This document shows positions 1 through 8,784 of a DNA stretch of 64,000 nt, one piece after another. The stretch's first letter is position 1; each line of letters begins with the position of its first letter. The stretch lies in NCBI GenBank assembly GCA_018608565.1, contig JABAZT010000023.1:901-64900 (forward strand), in the 5' to 3' direction. Below the pieces are notes generated by a model. The model was not told the origin of the DNA, ran no database searches, and was given only the letters and a program-made list of their open reading frames with translations. The position numbers and the translations under genes were made by a program. This DNA is from Candidatus Altimarinota bacterium (GTDB lineage: Bacteria > Patescibacteriota > Gracilibacteria > UBA4473).

Positions 1-1206
1 AATATTCTTGAAGCGAAAACAGATGCAGAACAAGATCGAGCGAGTTTGGACGCCATGGAAATATTTATCAAACTTTTTGGGAACGAAATATTCGGACCAC
101 GGATTCAGCATTATTTCCGAAATGGATGTTTGACGCTGATGGCGGATGAAGAAGAAGGGGCGACCTTGATAGACATTCCTCGACTCTTTATTGATGATGA
201 TTTTCAGCGATACAAAGTTTCTAAGATAAAGAATCCAGTCGTAAAAGCCTTTTGGGATAATGAAATGGCAAATACTGGGGATCGCGAAAAACAAGAAATG
301 ATTCCTTATTTTACCTCAAAATTTGGTCCATTTGTGACCAATACCACCATGCGGAATATTATTGGGCAGACAAAGTCTGCCTTCAATGTCCGAGAATGTA
401 TGGATAACCAAAAAATACTCCTCATAAATCTCTCTAAGGGGAAAATCGGAGGAATAAATGCACAGCTACTAGGGTTGATAATGGTAGCCAAGATCAATCA
501 AGCCGCGATGAGTCGGGTAGATCAAGCCAAAGAAGATCGAAAGGATTTATATTTTTATGTGGATGAATTCCAAAATTTCGCCACTGATACATTTGCTTCG
601 ATCCTTTCTGAGGCACGGAAATATCGATTGAATCTAATCATGGCCCATCAGTATATTGCCCAACTTTCAGAGTCTGCAGGAGGGGTTGCGGTAGGGCAAA
701 AAGATTCCAAGATTAAAGACGCCGTATTTGGGAATGTGGGAACAATGATGAGCTTCAAGGTTGGAGCGGATGATGCCGAATATCTTGAAAAAGAATATTC
801 ACCACTTTTATCCTCTCAGGATATTCTCAGTATCGCTAATTATAAAGCCTATATAAAGCTCAATATCAATAATTCGACGTCACGAGTGTTCTCTATGGAA
901 TCAATCTGGGATCCAGATGGAAGAAACTACAAAGTTGCCGAAGTAATCAAAAAATACGCTCGTATGAAATACGGTCGGAAAAAAGAATTTGTTGATGCTG
1001 AAATTGAAGCACGACTTGGAATTTCTAGTAATCCAGAAACACAGGCTGCAATTGCGGATCTTCCTGACACATTTGAGGAAGCAATAGCACAGCCCATTCC
1101 AGAATCAGCGAAAAAAATGTCCGAAGACGCAGTTATAGCGCCATCACTACATCAAGACCATCCAATGGTGAAAAATCCAGATATTGCGGCTCATGATATG
1201 GACTAA
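1..1206 (+). CDS. Type IV secretion/conjugation coupling-protein-like ATPase (VirD4/TraG/TraD family), C-terminal part; 5' end lies outside the window
   Basis: Frame 1 is open from base 1 with no stop before the ATG at 46, so the gene starts upstream. The Walker-B-like 'LYFYVDEFQNFAT' followed by 'ARKYRLNLIMAHQYIAQL' matches the C-terminal TraG/TraD module pattern (DEF...R.yG..l....Q...QL). Confidence 0.7.
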   Translation, partial: NILEAKTDAEQDRASLDAMEIFIKLFGNEIFGPRIQHYFRNGCLTLMADEEEGATLIDIPRLFIDDDFQRYKVSKIKNPVVKAFWDNEMANTGDREKQEMIPYFTSKFGPFVTNTTMRNIIGQTKSAFNVRECMDNQKILLINLSKGKIGGINAQLLGLIMVAKINQAAMSRVDQAKEDRKDLYFYVDEFQNFATDTFASILSEARKYRLNLIMAHQYIAQLSESAGGVAVGQKDSKIKDAVFGNVGTMMSFKVGADDAEYLEKEYSPLLSSQDILSIANYKAYIKLNINNSTSRVFSMESIWDPDGRNYKVAEVIKKYARMKYGRKKEFVDAEIEARLGISSNPETQAAIADLPDTFEEAIAQPIPESAKKMSEDAVIAPSLHQDHPMVKNPDIAAHDMD

Positions 1207-1299
1207 AATTAATACAATATCCAGACCGGAGAAATGCTTTTTTGTATGAAATAAGTATTATATATTCTGTAGCATAAATAATTTTATAACTTCAGAAGG

Positions 1300-1863
1300 A
1301 TGATTGGTTATTTACATGGAAGCGTGATAGAGATACTTGAAAAACAAATTATCCTCCTCACCACCGGAGGGGTCGGATACGCTATATTCCCGGCTGGATC
1401 CTTGCTAGCACAAGCCAAAAAAAATGAACCGCTTGTCTGTTATACCTATATGAGAGTTATGGAGACTGATATCTCTTTATATGGATTTTCAACATTAGAT
1501 GAAAAACAAGTATTCGAAAAACTCCTGTCTATCTCTGGAGTAGGTCCAAAGATAGCACTTCAGATAATATCAGGACCAGTAGATCAGTTTTTTTCGGCGG
1601 TAGAAGAGGGGGATGATGTGTACATTGCACGAACCCCTGGGATTGGGAAGAAAATGGCCCAGAAAATAATTGTTGAACTGCGAGGAAAGCTAGATCTAAA
1701 TAAAATGAGTGGTGGTGGTTCAGTTTCGAGTGCTCAGTCAGAAGCCATAGAAGCACTGGAAGGGCTTGGGTATGATCGTTCTATTGTAATCAAAGTACTA
1801 GAAAAGGCACCTAAGGATACAAGCGCAGAGGATTTGGTGAAATATTTCCTACAGAATTCCTAA
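1300..1863 (+). CDS. ruvA: Holliday junction DNA helicase subunit RuvA
   Basis: N-terminus 'MIGYLHGSVIEILEKQIILLTTGGVGYAIF' and HhH region 'LLSISGVGPKIALQIISG' are typical of RuvA. Length 187 aa. Confidence 0.9.
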   Translation: MIGYLHGSVIEILEKQIILLTTGGVGYAIFPAGSLLAQAKKNEPLVCYTYMRVMETDISLYGFSTLDEKQVFEKLLSISGVGPKIALQIISGPVDQFFSAVEEGDDVYIARTPGIGKKMAQKIIVELRGKLDLNKMSGGGSVSSAQSEAIEALEGLGYDRSIVIKVLEKAPKDTSAEDLVKYFLQNS

Positions 1864-1902
1864 AACTTGCACTCCAGTTGTCTCGCCCTAATATCTCATC
1901 AA

Positions 1903-2778
1903 ATGGTCTTACTTTCAATTCTTGCCTTCATCATAATATTTTCGACACTTATTATTGTACATGAGTGGGGACACTATATAGCAGCCATCAAATCAGGTGT
2001 CAGAGTAGAAGAGTTTGGGCTTGGATTTGGTAAAAAAATATGGGGATATAAAAAAGGAGAAACAGAATTTACCATCAATGCGATTCCTTTCGGGGGGTTT
2101 GTCCGAATGCTCGGGGAAGAAGAAAGCAGTGATGATCCTCGAAGCTTTGAACAGGTAAGTCTATTGAAACGTATGTGGATAACACTCAATGGAGTAGTTA
2201 TGAACTGGTTATTTGCAATTGTGGCACTTACTATCTTGTTCGTACACGGAGTACATCCAATCCTTGTGTCACAAACAGATATTCAGCGAGCTATTGATGC
2301 AGGGTATCTACAGACAGAGGGAGAGGTAGAGGGGCAGATCAAATATAAATTTACCAAAAAAATTAAACTTCCCATACAGGAGGCAATCCCTTTTGCGATA
2401 AAAGAAACAGGAAGAATTTCATTAGCCGTACTAGAAAAAGTATCTGAGATACCAGGAGAAATTATCCGAGAGAAAAAAATTCCTGATGGTCTAACGGGTC
2501 CGGTCGGAATTGCAGAAGTAACCCATAAAATTGTTCCACACGGGTTCTGGGAGTTACTTAAATTAACAGCATTACTCTCAATCTCCCTGGCAGTAATGAA
2601 TATGCTTCCTATCCCAGCACTAGATGGAGGAAGGTTCTTATTACAAATATTTGAACTAATAACTCAAAGAAAACCAAATGCTCGGTGGGAGCAGGTCCTT
2701 CATATGGCAGGATTTTTTATACTGATAGGATTCCTTCTTGCCGTTACATTCAATGACATCATGCGGATCTTTTTTTAG
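1903..2778 (+). CDS. rseP: Site-2 (M50 family) zinc metalloprotease, RseP-like
   Basis: HExxH motif 'HEWGHY' sits in the first TM segment, and the second M50 motif is 'NMLPIPALDGG'. The ORF track starts at TTG 1867. I prefer ATG 1903 ('MVLLSILAFIII'). The start is uncertain. Confidence 0.85.
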   Translation: MVLLSILAFIIIFSTLIIVHEWGHYIAAIKSGVRVEEFGLGFGKKIWGYKKGETEFTINAIPFGGFVRMLGEEESSDDPRSFEQVSLLKRMWITLNGVVMNWLFAIVALTILFVHGVHPILVSQTDIQRAIDAGYLQTEGEVEGQIKYKFTKKIKLPIQEAIPFAIKETGRISLAVLEKVSEIPGEIIREKKIPDGLTGPVGIAEVTHKIVPHGFWELLKLTALLSISLAVMNMLPIPALDGGRFLLQIFELITQRKPNARWEQVLHMAGFFILIGFLLAVTFNDIMRIFF

Positions 2779-2780
2779 CC

Positions 2781-2808
2781 TTGACAAAGGCATATCTGAT
2801 ACTATGAT
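2781..2808 (+). promoter_or_regulatory. Candidate sigma70-type promoter for rplY (TTGACA-16 nt-TATGAT)
   Basis: TTGACA at 2781-2786 and TATGAT at 2803-2808, about 33 nt upstream of the rplY ATG. Pattern match only. Confidence 0.4.
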
Positions 2809-2840
2809 CTGCCGGCTTTAGTTAAGAATAGTATATTACG

Positions 2841-3470
2841 ATGGCAGAAACATACGCAATCACGGCTCACAAACGAACAGTAACAAAACACTCTGCAAGA
2901 GAGACTCGACAATCAGGTCAAGTTCCTGGAGTTGTCTACGGACATGGATTTGATTCTGTAGCAATTTCTCTTGGATATTCAGATATACTCCGAATCTATC
3001 GGAGAGCAGGAACTTCTAGCATTATTGATATCGATATTGATGGAAAGTCTGCAAAAGTATTGATACATCAACTAGATCTTCATCCAGTAAGTGATGAGAT
3101 CGTACATGTAGATTTACATGCCCTAAATCTCAAAGAAAAAACAGTGGTACATGTTCCATTTGAATTTACAGGGATAGCTCCTGCGGTAAAATCACTAGGA
3201 GCTACATTCATGAAAAGTCATGAAAGTATCGACATTAGATGTCTTCCTACTGATATTCCACATGAGGTTAAGATTGATATTTCAGGATTAGCTGAGATTT
3301 CAGATCATATTTCTATCAAGGATTTAGATCTAGATCCAGAAAAGTTTGAAATAATGGGAATGGACGAAGGAACAGTGATATGTTCAGTTATTGGTCGATC
3401 TGCAGTAAGTGATGAGGATGAAGAAGTAGTAGCAACAGAGGAAGAAGCATCAGCAGAAGCGACTGAGTAA
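2841..3470 (+). CDS. rplY: 50S ribosomal protein L25 / general stress protein Ctc (long form)
   Basis: 'AHKRTVTKHSARETRQSGQVPGVVYGHG' is the L25 N-terminal signature. The 209-aa length with an acidic C-terminal tail fits the Ctc form. Confidence 0.9.
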   Translation: MAETYAITAHKRTVTKHSARETRQSGQVPGVVYGHGFDSVAISLGYSDILRIYRRAGTSSIIDIDIDGKSAKVLIHQLDLHPVSDEIVHVDLHALNLKEKTVVHVPFEFTGIAPAVKSLGATFMKSHESIDIRCLPTDIPHEVKIDISGLAEISDHISIKDLDLDPEKFEIMGMDEGTVICSVIGRSAVSDEDEEVVATEEEASAEATE

Positions 3471-4231
3471 TGAAACAGGTATTGATAACAAACAACAAGG
3501 AGGAATGGCTCAATACCATTCCTTTTTGTTTTAGTTCGATTCGTCCAGCCGTATTTGAGACATTTAGCGTATATGCAGGAATGATCCAGCATCTAGATTT
3601 GCATATAGAGAGATTGGATCAGTCACTTTTAGTTCGTCAGATAGAGGTGGATATAGATTCCAAAACATTGAAGTCACAGATACAAACCCTCATACAGCAG
3701 TATGATACTATGCAAAATCTCAAAATACGGATTCAGGCATCGGCGCGTGGCTATAGTATTACCGGAGAAGTATTAGTTGATTGGCCACAAGAATACTATG
3801 AAGAAGGAATAGAGATAATAGATGCCGTATTTGAGCGTCCAACTCCAAAGGCAAAATATAGTACCCCCATCTATCAGTATTTTTTGAATCAGGTAAAAAA
3901 TAAAGAAGTTCAAGAAATTATTTTCTTCAATAAAGATGGTTTGCTTCGAGAGGGAAATATTACCAATGTTTTTGCTGTTTTTGGTGAAGTGATCCGGACT
4001 CCGGGGCAAAATATACTGGAGGGGATTATGCGACAACAGGTTCTAAAACATCCTGATCTAAAGATTATAGAGAGTCCCATCACTCGTATACAGCTGCAGC
4101 AAGCCGATGAAATATTCCTTACCAATACCGTCAAGGGCATCATCTCCATACAAAAATGGAACACATGGGAATCTCAATCAATGGAGCAAAGTAAAAGGAT
4201 TAGAAAAATATTTGACAAAAAAATGAATTAG
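3470..4231 (+). CDS. Class IV (fold type IV) aminotransferase-like protein (aminodeoxychorismate lyase / D-amino acid or branched-chain aminotransferase family)
   Basis: 'LREGNITNVFAVFGEVIRTPGQNILEGIMRQ' and 'ADEIFLTNTVKGII' match the conserved C-terminal motifs of the class IV fold. The start overlaps the rplY stop by 1 nt (TAATG). Confidence 0.65.
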   Translation: MKQVLITNNKEEWLNTIPFCFSSIRPAVFETFSVYAGMIQHLDLHIERLDQSLLVRQIEVDIDSKTLKSQIQTLIQQYDTMQNLKIRIQASARGYSITGEVLVDWPQEYYEEGIEIIDAVFERPTPKAKYSTPIYQYFLNQVKNKEVQEIIFFNKDGLLREGNITNVFAVFGEVIRTPGQNILEGIMRQQVLKHPDLKIIESPITRIQLQQADEIFLTNTVKGIISIQKWNTWESQSMEQSKRIRKIFDKKMN

Positions 4232-4340
4232 TATTAAAATAATAAATAACACTAATCCTTTTGGTATGAATATCAGCACGAGCAAGGCAGGCGGATGGGG
4301 AGCATTCTAGAAATCACCTCCATATCGACTCCATTACGAA

Positions 4341-4373
4341 AATCAGTTCCCAATACAGGAGCTGATTTTTTTT
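4341..4373 (+). terminator. Rho-independent terminator
   Basis: 10-bp stem AATCAGTTCC / GGAGCTGATT (one G-U pair), 7-nt loop, followed by a run of 8 T. Confidence 0.7.
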
Positions 4374-4374
4374 G

Positions 4375-4403
4375 TTGTAAAGATACAAAATATATGGTAC
4401 AAT
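4375..4403 (+). promoter_or_regulatory. Near-consensus extended -10 promoter (TTGTAA-17 nt-TGgTACAAT) for the 1395-aa gene
   Basis: TTGTAA at 4375-4380, TG at 4395-4396, TACAAT at 4398-4403. The ATG is at 4427. Confidence 0.55.
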
Positions 4404-4426
4404 GATCAGATTTCTCAGATTATCAC

Positions 4427-7400
4427 ATGAAATATTTGTTACAACGGAACCGGATTAGTGCACGTTTTATCTATCAGCAAGCGGAGCCAAAACAAACTTC
4501 AGCTGACCAGCTCAAGATAACAGAGTCAGTTAAGATGGCCGTCGGTAAATTCCCTACAGAATGGCTCGAAGAATATTACATGTATAAAATGAATGAAGGA
4601 AAGTCTGAGGTTAAAGTTCCAAAGGATACTGATCAGATTAAGCGTGAAATAACGGCATTTTTGAAGAAGCCAGAAAATGAGCAACAAAGAGAGGAATTTA
4701 TTGCTCAAGTGGAGATTTATGAAATGCGAAAAAAGTTAGCAAAAGATAAGCCTAGTGATGAACAATTGGATGAAATTGCAGACTGGGCAGAAGATTTTGG
4801 ACTAGAACGGACTACGCTCAAAAAAGAAGCTAAAATTAAACCTAAAGAAATAGAAGATGATGTAGTTAGTATTGGGGAACAACCACGTGACGCAGTATCA
4901 ACACCTGAAATATCAAAAATTCCCGTGATAACAGGGAGGATTGGGAAGCCAACAATTGAAGAGCTAAAACTACGAACCCCAGAAAATTCGAGATATATTA
5001 CCGGAAGTGGTGTGGCGATACGAACCGTATCTCCAAGTGATCCAAATGTATTGGTATACACAAGAGCACTCAAAGACGAACGAGCCGATCAAGTCGGAGT
5101 GGGGGGCCAAGATTATGAACGTGTGACACGAAGTGGAGGATCTATATTACTGGTACTCAAGAATGGGAAGCCAATTGAAAAAGATTTTCAGATTATAAAA
5201 AAAGAAACAGGAGAAGATGGAAAAATAAAAGAAAAACGATACACCGTAAACTTTACGAAGGTACAAGAAGGAGGTGGGGAATACTGGATCGCCTCAGAGT
5301 ATCTGGGGAACGAAGAAGTAGTAGATACGAGTGATCCTGAGGTTCAACGAGTATTAGATACTATGTTCCCCGGGAATACTTATGATGCTTTTCTTGATAT
5401 GGATGATGGTTCATTCGAGGAAATACAAGCTGGGGAGAGAGAGGCAGCGCACTATGTTGAGACCAATACTAAATTTATTAATTTGGTAACAACTTTTAAG
5501 GAGCTTCAGAGTCGATCTATGAATGGAGAGCTGATTGAAGGACTTATTCCTTCGGCGTTAAGAGCTATTGGGCAAACTATATTTGGGAAAGGTTCAAAAT
5601 ATGGACAAGGAATTGATGATGCGGCATACGGACAAATCGCCAAAGATTTCAATTTATCACCAAACGAATTTAAGACAATATACAATGAGATGATCGCCGA
5701 CTATCACCAACAAGTGATGGGGTTGATTCCAACCAAAAATATAAATTCAGTTGGTTCAAGAGAGCGTTCAGCTCAAATGAGCAAGGGATTACGAAATATC
5801 TCAGCAAAAATGGGCGCAGATACCAAATTTCAAAAAGCAGCAGGAGAGGAGTTTGTAGCCAGTTCACAGGCACGGCTTGAGTATATGGCACGTATGATGG
5901 AGGAAGAGGCGGTTATGGTAGAGGAAGAAACTGGTAGAAAAGTAAAAAGAGTAACTCCGGAAGAAATACAATACTTTACAGATGCTATATTCGAAAAAGG
6001 AGGAGATATTGAGCAAAAAATAGAACACATAGCCTATAGTACCAATGTTCCCCAATCACTTGGAGTGACGCCAAAAGAGTTTTATGAAACCAGTGTGAAT
6101 AATATTGAAGACATAAGAGCCAATATAGGATTATTTGAATCAGTTGATGGTGAGTTAGCTGCAGCAAAAAATAATCCAGATAAAAATGCCGCGATTAATG
6201 ATATAGCGACTAATTCAGTAATTCAGCTCTATGCAAGTCAGCAGGAGGGAGGAGATGATCCAGCTCGAAAAGCAGAGATCGCCAACTATATTGCCACATA
6301 TCTCTATAACGATGGAGATCGTTGGGATCAGGCCAAACGATTTTTCCTTCAGGATATAATGGGGATGGCGCTTTCTGCACTGCAGGGAGGAATAACCGTC
6401 TTTTTCCATATTCGGCTCAAGTCAGTATCAGATCTTGTATCAGTTCCAGACGAACATACAGTCGGAGTACACTATCTAGGAGAATCAGGAATAGGATATC
6501 ATGAAAAAACAACGGCTTCATTGGAGCGTCTCAATGATGTTTATTCTAGAAAACTAAGGACTCAGTCGAGCTTGGTAGACGAAGAATTTGAATTTGATGG
6601 AGTCACACCAAAAGAAAAAGCAGAGAAAAAAGAGGAATTTGATAATGATTTAGATAAGCTTTTTGCTTCCAATTGTAAATTTTTGAAGCTGAGTCAGCAA
6701 CAAACCAATGCTTGTCTCAAGGGGGCAGCTGTGTCAACAGATGAGATAAGAAGACTAATTCTTCGAGGGGTAGAGGGAATGTTTTTTGGTTCTGTACGAG
6801 ATCGGAAAGAAGAAGTCATACAGCTATATACCCGTGTATTTAATGCGAGAGGTATAATAGCAAGAGGAGGGGAAGCCGGTCAAATGGCAGCAAACCAATC
6901 GCATAGGGATCTCAAACGAATATTCAGTATCTATGAGGATGAAAATGCAGATGATGTGGCACTTGATTGGAAAACAGGAAAGCGTCTCTATAAAGCACTA
7001 AATCCAAAAAAAGGAGAACCAAAATGGTCAAGAACACCAACATATTACAAAAACGGAAGCCCTGCATACTACATAATCAGGACACAGCGAGAATTGGGAA
7101 CAGATGCATTTCTAGGTCGTAGGTTAAAACGATTTAATGGAGCAAAAGGAGGAATGAGAGAGCTCAGTAAGCTCATCATGAAAACTGAAGATTCGGTGAC
7201 GGCACTCAATGTCTTCCAAGGAATGGTAGAGATCACTCGTGAAGAAGATCGAAAACCACTAGCCGCAATTATTCATGGAGCTATCTCCCCACATGTAGGA
7301 AGGCGAGATGAATTCTTCAATCTCTATCCAGTAGAGGAAGCACTCAGACCAAAGCTTGAACGATACTTCAACGTAATGGAGGGACGGATGGAAGGGAATC

Positions 7401-8614
7401 TTAACGCAGAAATGCAAACACTAGCAGATGATCCCCAGTTTATGGAGTGGGCAAAACTGATCCTTGCCTACATAAAATCTACGAAGCCAGGAGTGGATTC
7501 TGCAGAACGAGATTCAGCAAAAGAAGGAATGGAACGATATATAAACCGAGTAACAAAAGTAACAGTAGAACCAGGCGCTCGTACAATTTTTGAATCAGGA
7601 GAAAAAACCTCAGATCGAGCATTTACAAATCCAATCCATGCCAAGAATGGACGAGACCTACACAACTACTTCGCTACTGCCTACGAAGTCGTAGGATACA
7701 CGAAACACAAAGATAAAAGTCAACGAAAACCAATCTATCAAGTGAAACCACGATGGGTCGGAAATGATGAGAACGGGCAAAAGGTATTTACTCAAGATCC
7801 AAGAGTTAAATATTATGTAGAAGATAAGGAGGGGAAAGTCATTGGACCAATAACTGATACTGAGGCTATCAATAACGGAAATGAAAACAGTCCAGACGTC
7901 GAATCAGAAATAGCTGAATTTACCAGATGGGTAAATACCGCCATTCTCAACGCTGGATATAGGGACTTAGACAAGGGACTATTTGTTCCATTCAAACAAG
8001 ACGAAATTCTGAATGCCATGACTGGTGCGCAGCTCAAAATGTTGACGTCACGAGCCAATGGAGCCTCGCAGGGGGGAATCCCAGGTCTAGAAAAAGGGCT
8101 AGAAATTCCAGAAGAGCTGTTGTGTTTCCAGGTTGAGAAGCCGTTGATGGGACTCACGGGGAAGGTGGAAACAACTAGTGATGGTAAGAAAAGAATGCCT
8201 CGGAAGAAAGTAGGAACGATAATCTACAACCTCGCCGTAAAACCAGGATGTGGAAACGGACAATTACTACATTCTCCAATCTGTATAAAAGAAAAATATA
8301 GACACATGTATGCAGACACGGTTGCAAAAATTAACGATAGACTAACACTTGGGATAACGGTACATACCTTCGGAGGTGGAACAACAACAGCTCCAAGTGA
8401 GCCAACTCAACCAACCACTCCGACGCCAACCACTCCAGGTCCAAAACCTCAACCAGTAGTCAATCCGGGACCTGCGGTAACACCTCCAACTAATATTAAT
8501 ATTCCTGGTCCAACAGCACTTCCTAAGGTTCCGCCTAGAGTACCCACAAATATAATACAGGGCTCAACTGGAGGAGGGACTGCGTTACCGGGGAACTTAT
8601 TTCTCGGACAGTAG
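4427..8614 (+). CDS. Giant hypothetical protein (1395 aa) with a Pro/Thr-rich C-terminal tail; no recognisable domain
   Basis: Uninterrupted 4.2-kb ORF with its own promoter and terminator. It has no N-terminal signal peptide. The C-terminus reads 'TTAPSEPTQPTTPTPTTPGPKPQPVVNPGPAVTPPTNINIPGPTALPKVPPRVP'. Confidence 0.8.
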   Translation: MKYLLQRNRISARFIYQQAEPKQTSADQLKITESVKMAVGKFPTEWLEEYYMYKMNEGKSEVKVPKDTDQIKREITAFLKKPENEQQREEFIAQVEIYEMRKKLAKDKPSDEQLDEIADWAEDFGLERTTLKKEAKIKPKEIEDDVVSIGEQPRDAVSTPEISKIPVITGRIGKPTIEELKLRTPENSRYITGSGVAIRTVSPSDPNVLVYTRALKDERADQVGVGGQDYERVTRSGGSILLVLKNGKPIEKDFQIIKKETGEDGKIKEKRYTVNFTKVQEGGGEYWIASEYLGNEEVVDTSDPEVQRVLDTMFPGNTYDAFLDMDDGSFEEIQAGEREAAHYVETNTKFINLVTTFKELQSRSMNGELIEGLIPSALRAIGQTIFGKGSKYGQGIDDAAYGQIAKDFNLSPNEFKTIYNEMIADYHQQVMGLIPTKNINSVGSRERSAQMSKGLRNISAKMGADTKFQKAAGEEFVASSQARLEYMARMMEEEAVMVEEETGRKVKRVTPEEIQYFTDAIFEKGGDIEQKIEHIAYSTNVPQSLGVTPKEFYETSVNNIEDIRANIGLFESVDGELAAAKNNPDKNAAINDIATNSVIQLYASQQEGGDDPARKAEIANYIATYLYNDGDRWDQAKRFFLQDIMGMALSALQGGITVFFHIRLKSVSDLVSVPDEHTVGVHYLGESGIGYHEKTTASLERLNDVYSRKLRTQSSLVDEEFEFDGVTPKEKAEKKEEFDNDLDKLFASNCKFLKLSQQQTNACLKGAAVSTDEIRRLILRGVEGMFFGSVRDRKEEVIQLYTRVFNARGIIARGGEAGQMAANQSHRDLKRIFSIYEDENADDVALDWKTGKRLYKALNPKKGEPKWSRTPTYYKNGSPAYYIIRTQRELGTDAFLGRRLKRFNGAKGGMRELSKLIMKTEDSVTALNVFQGMVEITREEDRKPLAAIIHGAISPHVGRRDEFFNLYPVEEALRPKLERYFNVMEGRMEGNLNAEMQTLADDPQFMEWAKLILAYIKSTKPGVDSAERDSAKEGMERYINRVTKVTVEPGARTIFESGEKTSDRAFTNPIHAKNGRDLHNYFATAYEVVGYTKHKDKSQRKPIYQVKPRWVGNDENGQKVFTQDPRVKYYVEDKEGKVIGPITDTEAINNGNENSPDVESEIAEFTRWVNTAILNAGYRDLDKGLFVPFKQDEILNAMTGAQLKMLTSRANGASQGGIPGLEKGLEIPEELLCFQVEKPLMGLTGKVETTSDGKKRMPRKKVGTIIYNLAVKPGCGNGQLLHSPICIKEKYRHMYADTVAKINDRLTLGITVHTFGGGTTTAPSEPTQPTTPTPTTPGPKPQPVVNPGPAVTPPTNINIPGPTALPKVPPRVPTNIIQGSTGGGTALPGNLFLGQ

Positions 8615-8642
8615 AGTTATGATTTACAGTTACACAAAAAAA

Positions 8643-8668
8643 GAGCGAACCACGGTTCGCTCTTTTTT
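8643..8668. terminator. Rho-independent terminator (A-run / hairpin / T-run, potentially bidirectional)
   Basis: GAGCGAAC-CACG-GTTCGCTC hairpin flanked by AAAAAAA upstream and TTTTTT downstream, about 30 nt after the stop of the 1395-aa gene. Confidence 0.85.
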
Positions 8669-8784
8669 ATATATTTGTCGACTTGTCTTTTTGATTGCCT
8701 TTTCTAGACTTATGAAGATCTAGGTCCGTTCAATGGGCTTTGGAGATTTTTGTCCCCTTTCATATGGTTCACTATCAGCGAAAT

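Noticed and set aside
4262-4300. Possible SRP (4.5S) RNA, because 'AGCAAGGCAGGCGGATG' loosely resembles the 'AGCCAAGGCAGATGA' 3' strand of SRP helix 8
   Set aside because: I could not find the matching 5' strand, the GNAR tetraloop, or a long terminal helix pairing the ends. The resemblance is limited to about 12 nt. I kept it only as a generic candidate structured RNA.
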